A stretch of DNA of 5,965 nt, from the IMG/VR virus record IMGVR_UViG_3300029157_000020. The stretch is one strand, 5' to 3'. This document shows, piece by piece, positions 1 through 5,688 of this stretch. This DNA comes from a virus. Lineage: Duplodnaviria; Heunggongvirae; Uroviricota; Caudoviricetes. The translations under genes were made by a program, and so were the position numbers. Numbering within the stretch: the stretch's first letter is position 1; the number at the start of each line of letters is the position of its first letter. Under the pieces are notes generated by a model. The model saw nothing but the letters and a program-made list of their open reading frames with translations. It made no database searches and was not told the origin of the DNA.

Positions 1-114
1 ACTCAACATGAACTAGATCTGGTTGCTGCTCAGCTAAACAACAGACCGAGAAAGACACTGAAGTTCAAAACACCGAAAGAGATAATTGAAAGGGGTGTTG
101 CATTGACAGATTGA
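1..114 (+). CDS. insI: IS30 transposase, C-terminal fragment (5' partial at window edge)
   Basis: Open frame 1 from the window start to TGA at 112-114; the C-terminal motif ...NNRPRKTLKFKTPKEIIERGVALTD is recognised as IS30 transposase (InsI in E. coli K-12 nomenclature). Confidence 0.85.
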   Translation, partial: TQHELDLVAAQLNNRPRKTLKFKTPKEIIERGVALTD

Positions 115-121
115 ATCTACA
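96..121. repeat. IS30 right terminal inverted repeat (IRR)
   Basis: 26-bp TGTTGCATTGACAGATTGAATCTACA overlapping the transposase stop codon, as expected for the IS30 right end. Its partner IRL is outside the window, so the inverted-repeat relationship could not be checked here. Confidence 0.75.
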
Positions 122-1019
122 GCGGCGTACTTCGCAAAGCTGTCCGACTGAGGTACGCCTTTATCCGCGACAACAGCCGTTGCTGGCCTGTTCGTTTGCT
201 CTGTCGGGTTCTGGATGTCCATCCGAGTGGATTTTATTTCTGGCTTCAGCAGCCACATTCGCAGCGTCACCAGACAGATCAGATGCTGACCGGGCAAATC
301 AAACAGTTCTGGCTTGAGTCTGGCTGCGTCTATGGTTATCGCAAGATCCATCTCGATCTGCGTGATACCGGACAGCAGTGCGGAGTGAACCGGGTCTGGC
401 GGCTGATGAAGCGTGCCGGAATAAAAGCTCAGGTTGGGTACCGTAGCCCACGAGCACGTAAAGGCGAAGCCAGCATCGTGACACCCAACAGGCTCCAGCG
501 GCAGTTCAATCCGGACTCACCGGATGAGCGTTGGGTGACGGACATAACCTACATCCGAACCCACGAAGGCTGGCTGTATCTGGCCGTGGTGGTTGGCCTG
601 TTCTCCCGAAAAGTTATCGGCTGGTCAAGCAACCCCGCATGACAAAAGAGATTGTCCTGAACGCATTACTTATGGCGGTGTGGAGGCGTAATCCTCAAAA
701 GCAGGTACTGGTTCACTCTGATCAGGGTAGTCAGTACACGAGCCATGAGTGGCAGTCGTTCCTGAAATCACACGGTCTGGAAGGCAGCATGAGTCGTCGC
801 GGTAACTGCCACGACAACGCGGTTGCGGAAAGCTTTTTCCAGCTACTGAAACGCGAACGGATTAAGAAAAGGATCTACGGAACGAGAGACGAAGCCAGAA
901 GCGATATTTTTGATTATATCGAAATGTTTTATAACAGTAAGCGTCGGCATGGTTCGAGCGAGCAGATGCCACCGGCTGAATATGAAAACCTATATTATCA
1001 ACGGCTCAGAAGTGTCTAG
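122..1019 (+). pseudogene. IS3-family (IS911-like) transposase OrfB remnant, 5'-truncated by the IS30 insertion and frameshifted
   Basis: Frame 1 from 122 reads ...CRVLDVHPSGFYFW...ERWVTDITYIRTHEGWLYLAVVVGLFSRKVIGWS and stops at 640-642. Frame 3 then continues RMTKEIVLNALLMAVWRRNPQKQVLVHSDQGSQYTSHEWQSFLKSHGLEGSMSRRGNCHDNAVAESFFQLLKRERIKK...YNSKRRH... to TAG at 1017-1019. This is a typical IS3-family OrfB integrase core (DDE region, HSDQGSQYTS, GNCHDNAVAESFF) split by a frame change at about 615-640. No orfA and no left end are present; the sequence abuts the IS30 IRR. It resembles the IS30-interrupted IS911 arrangement I recall from E. coli K-12. The right boundary is uncertain, about 1019-1037. 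Confidence 0.8.
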
Positions 1020-1041
1020 ATTATCCGTGGCGATTCAATGG

Positions 1042-1173
1042 GGTAACCACTTTTGGTCACGTGGATACTTTGTAGATACTGTCGGTGTGAACGAGGAAAT
1101 TATCAGACGATATGTGCGGCATCAGGAGAAAATGGAGCAAATGCACGAACAGCAGATGGAATTGCTAGAGTAG
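1042..1173 (+). pseudogene. IS200/IS605-family TnpA (Y1/HUH transposase) C-terminal remnant
   Basis: Translation GNHFWSRGYFVDTVGVNEEIIRRYVRHQEKMEQMHEQQMELLE* closely parallels the IS200 TnpA C-terminus as I recall it (...FWCRGYYVDTVGKN...IKHQLEEDK...). Only about 44 codons are present and there is no in-frame N-terminal part. The upstream portion of the track ORF 910-1173 overlaps the IS3-family orfB and is not real. Confidence 0.65.
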
Positions 1174-1188
1174 CATGAGGAAGGTGAC

Positions 1189-1246
1189 AATGCCCCCCTT
1201 ACAGGGGACATTCTCAAAAGCCACCTTCTTAGAAGGTGGTCTTTTA
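1189..1246. terminator. Two hairpins after the TnpA remnant (IS200-like right-end structures); the second is a likely bidirectional rho-independent terminator
   Basis: Imperfect hairpin at 1189-1212 (AATGCCCCCC-TTACA-GGGGACATT). Perfect 8-bp stem CCACCTTC / GAAGGTGG with a 3-nt loop at 1221-1239, followed by TCTTTT on the plus strand and by CTTTTG on the minus strand. It lies between the convergent TnpA remnant and the acyltransferase stop (1247-1249). Confidence 0.5.
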
Positions 1247-2352
1247 CTAACTCTGTCTGCTTAGTTCATTTCCTAATGCAGGAAATTTACATGATATTAT
1301 AGATCTTGATAATCTGATAAATGGCCTTTCTACTACATTGTAGAAAATATATGCAGTGGTTATCGTTATGATGAACAAAAGGATAAGTCTGGACATTCCT
1401 ACCCACTGATTGTAAATTGGTATATTTGCTCCAAACTTATCTAAATACATGGTAATGGCAATATGCGTCAGATATAACGAATAAGAGATGTCACCGAAAA
1501 ATGATAGCATCTTTATCTCTTTTATCTCATTTTTCATTTCATAGGCAACAAGTGTCGCAATCAGCAGGATCGCCCATAATCCATAGTTAAAAGGCCCGTG
1601 TGCTGCTTTGTATTGAGCAAAGTAGAAACAGAAAACTAACGAGCATGAAATTACAGCAATGACATTAATTTTGGGGGGTGATGATATTACGTTTCTTAAT
1701 TCGTATACCATCATGCCAAATATGAATTCTATTAACATCGGCGATGAGGTAAACCGCAGGAATGCCGCTAAGCCTTCCGGCATTCCTGCCTGTAGTGCAA
1801 TTGCATTGTCACCTTCCATGCTAATACTGCCATTAAAGTAAAGTTGCAGACTGAACACAGAGACGGCAAGCATAAATTATGCAATCCATGATCTGTATTT
1901 ATGACTAATGCTCATCGCAACGAAGAATATCAGATAAAAATAAATCTCATAGGTCAGGGTCCACGCTTGCCCTATCATGTTGCCACCAAAGAACGGTGCC
2001 TGCTGGCTGTAGTCAGCCTGTATCAGTAACGCAGATCTCCAGAATGAAAAATTATCTTCGTTTGAAATAAATAAAATATTGCCAACGTAATAATAAACAA
2101 CGGATAAATCCTGAAGAATCTTTTTACAACATATTTAGTTAACATGTTGTCTTCACTCTTTGCGGTTGAAAGCGCAATAATAAATCCGCTAATCATGAAG
2201 AAAAGGTCTACCCCAAAGGATCCGCTTATGAACATTAAATCACCGAAATTCTTTATCGGATAAATATCATTAAGGTTACCTCTGAAGTGGAAGCCAACAA
2301 CCAATATGGCCGCAATGCCTCGAAGGTATTGAATAGAACGCACTTGCTGCAT
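1247..2352 (-). pseudogene. Acyltransferase family 3 (OafA/Oac-like membrane O-acyltransferase), disrupted by one frameshift and one in-frame TAA
   Basis: Minus-strand N-terminal ORF (ATG at 2350-2352; MQQVRSIQYLRGIAAILVVGFHF...GVDLFFMISGFIIA...RIYPLF...) stops at 2023-2025. The middle segment continues in another frame (...QAPFFGGNMIGQAWTLTYEIYFYLIFFVA...) to an in-frame TAA (complement of 1877-1879). The same frame then continues ...FFGDISYSLYLTHIAITMYL... to the stop at 1247-1249. These motifs are hallmarks of Pfam acyltransferase_3. Total length is about 367 codons. Strongly AT-rich. Confidence 0.75.
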
Positions 2353-2750
2353 AATTCTACCTAAGCTAGTTAATAATTTTCGTGTCGCGAATTGTAATCT
2401 ATATGAAAGCCTGTGTCAGCAATGCATCATTTGGACGTCAGAAGGTGTCGCGGTAGTCGATCGGGGTCTGGTCGTGCGGCTGGATGACATTCTACTCGCC
2501 ATTCTCGATGGTCGTAGCTACTTCGGTAAGGTAATGTAGAAAGTGATCATCACGGATTAAGATGATTCGATAGAAGGGGATTGTCTTGATGAGCTTGAAG
2601 CTGTTGTTACATCGGCCGCGCCGGATATCTCTGGCCTGAAAAACCTGCTTAACGAAGATTGCCGCCGCCCATCGTATGTAAGAACGGACGGCGGCTGGTT
2701 GCTCAGTGTTCATGCCCGAGCAAACGTCGGGGATAGTACCCAAGTTAAAA

Positions 2751-3017
2751 TTAAAGGCCAACCTGGCGAACGGGCGATAACTCAGATACCAGCCACATAT
2801 CTGCCTCTTCAAACATATCCTCCAGCATGCGGTTCAGCTTTTCCCGATCGTTTTTGCTGGCATCACTATTCAAGCCGTTCGCCTGCATTGGCTTTACCTT
2901 CACTTCTGCATCAGGAAAAATCTGGTGCACTCGCTTTGTTAGCTCAGCCAGGATGATCTCTCTGGCCCCTTGGAGCCCTTCAACATTTCGCTTGTCATAA
3001 ACCAGTTCAACAAACAT
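2751..3017 (-). CDS. DinI-family protein (DNA-damage-inducible protein I paralogue), 88 aa
   Basis: MFVELVYDKRNVEGLQGAREIILAELTKRVHQIFPDAEVKVKPMQANGLNSDASKNDREKLNRMLEDMFEEADMWLVSE... aligns by eye with E. coli DinI (...ELSRRIQYAFPDNEGHVSVRY...ILQETWESADDWFVSE). ATG at 3015-3017 (complement) is preceded by a good SD (AAGAGGA, 5-nt spacer). A minus-strand TTGACT -35 (complement of 3091-3096) and a LexA box lie upstream. Confidence 0.8.
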   Translation of the reverse strand: MFVELVYDKRNVEGLQGAREIILAELTKRVHQIFPDAEVKVKPMQANGLNSDASKNDREKLNRMLEDMFEEADMWLVSELSPVRQVGL

Positions 3018-3074
3018 ACCGATCCTCTTATAAGTGAAAAATTGCCTGTGCTTGATCTGTTTTCATAAAAATAA

Positions 3075-3094
3075 TACTGTATATGAATACAGTC
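3075..3094. promoter_or_regulatory. LexA (SOS) operator in the divergent intergenic region
   Basis: TACTGTATATGAATACAGTC has a perfect CTGT(3077-3080)-N8-ACAG(3089-3092) with an AT-rich spacer, matching the E. coli LexA box consensus TACTGT(AT)4ACAGTA. It sits between the -35 TTGACT and a TATTTT-like -10 of the minus-strand DinI-like promoter, and about 25 bp upstream of the plus-strand 79-aa ORF start. Confidence 0.7.
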
Positions 3095-3117
3095 AATAAG
3101 CGAATGAGGGTGCGTTA

Positions 3118-3357
3118 ATGCCTCGCCAACCGGATATTCGTGCTGCTTTTATTGCGGCCATACAGCAAAACCCTAAGGGCTATCTCTGCCTGCACAAAGA
3201 CAAATTCATCGCTGAACTGCAGGAGAGGCACTGGCATTTCAGCCTGGCGGATGCAAATTCATGGATCGAGCGATTCCAGCCGGAGTTCGCCGATAAGACG
3301 ACAAACGGAAGCGAGAACCGATACTGGATCCTGCGTAACATGGGGATGGTTTACTAA
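3118..3357 (+). CDS. Hypothetical 79-aa protein divergent from the DinI-like gene; putatively LexA-controlled
   Basis: ATG at 3118 is preceded by GAGGG (3106-3110, 7-nt spacer); stop TAA at 3355-3357. The translation MPRQPDIRAAFIAAIQQNPKGYLCLHKDKFIAELQERHWHFSLADANSWIERFQPEFADKTTNGSENRYWILRNMGMVY has balanced composition. The overlapping alternative frame (3140-3448) is Arg/Ser-rich junk. No family recognised. Confidence 0.55.
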   Translation: MPRQPDIRAAFIAAIQQNPKGYLCLHKDKFIAELQERHWHFSLADANSWIERFQPEFADKTTNGSENRYWILRNMGMVY

Positions 3358-3398
3358 TGGGATTTCCATCCCCAGCCATGGATTACTAGGAGCAGCGC

Positions 3399-3464
3399 AT
3401 GACGATAGATGTTATCTGCGGTGTAGACAACAACTGCCGGGTTATTGAAACTTCATGCGGCTAG
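3399..3464 (+). CDS. Possible 21-codon Cys-rich small ORF (MTIDVICGVDNNCRVIETSCG), or the 5' piece of a decayed gene
   Basis: ATG at 3399 is preceded by a canonical AGGAG (3388-3392, 6-nt spacer); stop TAG at 3462-3464. Downstream frames contain protein-like but interrupted segments. Weak call. Confidence 0.2.
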   Translation: MTIDVICGVDNNCRVIETSCG

Positions 3465-3740
3465 GCCGTTATTAACGTCAGTCTGAAGCCAGAAGAGGGG
3501 ATGCGTTGCTGGTTAGCATGGACGGGAGAAACCAGTTTGTGAAGCTAATGGGTCAGGCGCTGATCACTTAAGATGGTGAAGCGATTGAAGGGGAAGCTCT
3601 GAATGATGTAACGGTGCACGGCGTTCTTACACATACACTTAACCAGGTTAAAGACGATAAATCGCCTGTAATGTAGCGTGTAACTGTCGGTGGTTATTCC
3701 CCAATTTTTCCCCAATGCTTCCCCGTACAAATTTCAAACA

Positions 3741-3770
3741 TGAAAAAACCAGCCGTAAAAGGCTGGTTTT
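3741..3770. terminator. Bidirectional rho-independent terminator immediately 3' of the tRNA-Pro fragment
   Basis: Stem AACCAGCC (3747-3754), loop GTAAAA, stem GGCTGGTT (3761-3768), flanked by an A-run (3742-3746) on one side and TT on the other. On the minus strand it gives a stem followed by TTTTT directly downstream of the tRNA CCA end. Confidence 0.6.
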
Positions 3771-3781
3771 CAATGTGTTTT

Positions 3782-3831
3782 TGGTCGGCACGAGAGGATT
3801 TGAACCTCCGACCCCCGACACCCCATGACGG
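3782..3831 (-). tRNA. Truncated tRNA-Pro (anticodon GGG, proL-like): 3' 50 nt only (positions about 27-76); not a functional gene
   Basis: Minus-strand sequence CCGTCATGGGGTGTCGGGGGTCGGAGGTTCAAATCCTCTCGTGCCGACCA contains the anticodon loop (U33, GGG at 34-36), variable loop, T-arm (GGAGG-TTCAAAT-CCTCT), acceptor 3' strand and CCA. It matches the 3' half of E. coli tRNA-Pro(GGG) as I recall it. Beyond 3831 the sequence (ATGTTCAAATTT...) no longer matches the D-arm or acceptor 5' strand. Confidence 0.75.
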
Positions 3832-3858
3832 ATGTTCAAATTTCTTCTAGCTTATCTA

Positions 3859-4272
3859 TTAGAGTAATTGAAGAGTCCGCAAAGTTATTTGCAGCGTCCT
3901 GTGGAATTTCAAAATTATGTTTATATGCAGCCATGTTACGCAGTTGCGTAAGCTATCGTGTAGAGCTGCAAAATCTAAATCAACCAAGCCAGCTTTATAA
4001 AGCAAGCGCATAAGATGATATCCATTCATTAGCTCAAAGCGTCGGTCGTTTGAATGAGGAGGCAATTCAATTGTTCCAACATCAACTTTTCGTTTCACAC
4101 CATTCCGCAATGAATTTTCAAGTTTCAGATAGGATTTCATAACATTCTCATAAGGGCTTAAGAAAAAAGTCCTTGTAACGCTCTGAGTTGTCTTTTTCTT
4201 TATCTGAAATAATTTCAGCCTACCCAGCAGCTTCTGCTGCTTGCTCTTCATACATAATCTCAAACTTATCAT
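3859..4272 (-). CDS. Hypothetical protein, 137 aa, AT-rich, Lys-rich N-terminus; no family recognised
   Basis: A 414-nt open frame in strongly AT-rich DNA, which is unlikely by chance given the stop-codon density. ATG at 4270-4272 (complement) has no obvious SD; internal Met codons at residues 8 and 45 are alternative starts. It ends 28 bp from the tRNA fragment breakpoint. Contains an R-x6-H spacing (RNCVTWLH), but this is too weak to assign a HEPN-type fold. Confidence 0.45.
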   Translation of the reverse strand: MISLRLCMKSKQQKLLGRLKLFQIKKKTTQSVTRTFFLSPYENVMKSYLKLENSLRNGVKRKVDVGTIELPPHSNDRRFELMNGYHLMRLLYKAGLVDLDFAALHDSLRNCVTWLHINIILKFHRTLQITLRTLQLL

Positions 4273-4746
4273 ATTTTATTGATTTTATTGTTCTAATAAG
4301 TTTGAAAAGGTCATATCGACCGTAATAGAGAAAACTGGCCAAAAGAACTGGCCAGGCTAGCGACTTGATCATTGATGACAGGAATGTCAGAAAATCCATT
4401 GTCTTTGCTTTTCATCGAAGTAGAGATAGAGTATATGTTACAAAATCGTTCTCCTAAATGAAAGTAAATCATCTATATTTCAGCATGTCAGATTTTGTGG
4501 TTCAGCGTTAAAAAAATCTCTGTAATTAAGTGGTTTATCAAAATAACAAGGCCTTAAGATACTTTTTTAATTTAATGCTGTCAGCATTATCGATAAAGCG
4601 CAATTCAGGCTTAATGCCCTGGCTATTAACGCTGGTTCATTCACTATGTCGCCTGGTTATAACATCACCTAGCGCTGGTTCGCTATTGCGAGTTAGCTAA
4701 GACAATTAAATTCAGCGTAAAAGCACAGGCGTTTTATGATGAAAAT

Positions 4747-5151
4747 TTGAGTGTTATCCCGGCTGATGCTGTAGACTTTACTCAAGAAGAACATATTCAT
4801 CTCATCGCCGGGATGAATGATGGTGAGCAACGTGTCTGCAGTGATACAGGCGGGAAATTGATGCTGTCTGGCCGCAGACCTTCTCAATGGTATACCTGGG
4901 ATAATGATAATAATGCGTGGGCTATTTCGGATCATGCACGGGTCCAGCTTGCAGAAGCTGAGAAATTTCGTCGAATCCATGAGGCAAACGACTTTATCAA
5001 TAACCAGCAATTGCCTGGCAAAACTGCCATGGGGCGACTGAAAGATTCAGAGAAAGAACACTACAATTTGTGGCTGGATTATCTTAAAGCGCTGGAGGCG
5101 GTCGATACATCAACTGCGCCAGATATCCTCTGGATAGATAAACCTGAATAA
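4747..5151 (+). CDS. tfa: Phage tail-fiber assembly protein (Tfa family); orphan, and possibly 5'-defective
   Basis: The C-terminal region ...[26 protein letters not shown]...[33 protein letters not shown] parallels lambda/Rac-type Tfa C-termini (...WVKDTEAEKLFRIREAEE...[26 protein letters not shown]). There is no in-frame ATG: the frame opens after TAA at 4660-4662, the first start-like codon is TTG at 4747, and an ATG-ATG at 4736-4741 with an AGG upstream is in a different frame and hits TGA after 4 codons. No tail-fiber gene lies upstream (4273-4660 is AT-rich non-coding). Confidence 0.75.
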   Translation: [134 protein letters not shown]

Positions 5152-5616
5152 TCTGTGCTGGCGGTCGTCATCACTTGAATTTTCATTCCTCGCAGACTCA
5201 AGTACGGGCATGAAATATAAAGCTGCTTGGTTCATACTTTCAACAAAATTATTTTATATAAAAGGGAAGATCCATAAAACAACAGTATTCAAGAGCATTA
5301 TAGAGGTGGCTTCTGATCGCCGGTTTACGGGGCAAGGGTAAAGTTATTGTTATGCCCTTAATTGAAGTAAAAAGTTGTGGGTGGGGCAATAAATCGACAG
5401 AAAAACATAATATTTTCTTAATTTATCAATGCAATATAAGAAATTTAGTTATGTACAGTGTGGCCAGTAAAAGCGTTCTGACAAAAGGCGTGGTAACTCC
5501 TCTAGCATCCATGGAACTGACTCTGTTGCCAGGGGTCGTGCCACTGGCAACAGTGATTGTCTGTTTTGGTAAGATAGATTGACTGATTCGTGCCACACAA
5601 CTTTCATTTGAAATGG

Positions 5617-5626
5617 NNNNNNNNNN
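5617..5626. other. Assembly gap (10 N): scaffold join, true spacing and adjacency unknown
   Basis: Run of 10 n characters in the sequence. Confidence 0.95.
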
Positions 5627-5688
5627 TCAATACCCTGACAACGGGATTATCAGAATATCTTTAAAAATGAATCAGTCTTTCTCAACAC

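Larger units (their letters stand above)
1..121 (+). mobile_element. IS30 right end (3' part of the element; the rest lies upstream of the window)
   Basis: Frame-1 translation of 1-111 is TQHELDLVAAQLNNRPRKTLKFKTPKEIIERGVALTD followed by TGA (112-114), which I recognise as the C-terminus of IS30 transposase. Positions 96-121 (TGTTGCATTGACAGATTGAATCTACA) match my recollection of the 26-bp IS30 terminal inverted repeat. The translation changes character immediately after 121. Confidence 0.85.

Noticed and set aside
34-351. 105-aa minus-strand ORF across the IS30 end and IS3-family orfB
   Set aside because: Antisense to recognisable transposase coding sequence and crosses the IS30/IS911-like junction; composition is typical of an out-of-frame artefact.
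111-484. Track ORFs 111-317 (+) and 299-484 (-)
   Set aside because: Alternative or antisense frames inside the IS3-family orfB remnant; the real reading frame there is frame 1 (and frame 3 after the frameshift).
600-645. Frame change in orfB as a programmed -1 ribosomal frameshift
   Set aside because: The IS3-family programmed frameshift lies at the orfA/orfB overlap (A-AAA-AAG motif), which is absent here. This break lies inside the OrfB catalytic region and no slippery heptamer is evident, so it is an inactivating mutation.
910-1041. N-terminal part of track ORF 910-1173
   Set aside because: Only the 3' portion (about 1042-1173) resembles IS200-type TnpA. The 5' portion overlaps the IS3-family orfB in another frame and is an artefact of read-through across the junction.
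1659-1841. 60-aa plus-strand ORF
   Set aside because: Antisense within the acyltransferase pseudogene, whose minus-strand frame carries clear family motifs.
2492-2956. Track ORFs 2492-2812 (-) and 2699-2956 (+)
   Set aside because: Both overlap the DinI-like CDS in other frames or antisense. The non-overlapping parts are treated only as an ambiguous spacer (see finding), not as genes.
3140-3448. 102-aa plus-strand ORF overlapping the 79-aa ORF
   Set aside because: Arg/Ser/Cys-rich, low-complexity translation typical of an off-frame; the 79-aa frame has the SD and a sensible composition.
3782-3831. An intact, functional tRNA-Pro gene
   Set aside because: Only the 3' 50 nt match. The D-arm and acceptor 5' strand are replaced by unrelated AT-rich sequence from 3832, so this is a fragment or att repeat, not a gene.
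3545-3839. Track ORFs 3545-3730 (-) and 3648-3839 (-)
   Set aside because: They run through the terminator hairpin and the tRNA-Pro fragment, so they are incompatible with those structural features; no SD.
3825-4013. 62-aa plus-strand ORF
   Set aside because: Antisense to the longer 137-aa minus-strand ORF and starts inside the tRNA fragment.
4530-4570. hix/gix-like recombination half-site (TTATCAAAATAA next to palindrome AAGGCCTT), suggesting a Gin/Hin-type invertible tail-fiber segment
   Set aside because: Only one loose half-site match to the invertase crossover consensus. No properly spaced inverted partner, no second inverted stf/tfa copy, and no invertase gene in the window. Resemblance is likely chance in AT-rich DNA.
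4693-5010. 105-aa minus-strand ORF
   Set aside because: Antisense to the Tfa gene, which has clear family similarity on the plus strand.
5352-5582. 76-aa plus-strand ORF (MPLIEVKSCGWGNK...)
   Set aside because: Weak SD context, no recognisable family, a competing open stretch on the opposite strand, and it abuts the assembly gap; insufficient support to call a gene.
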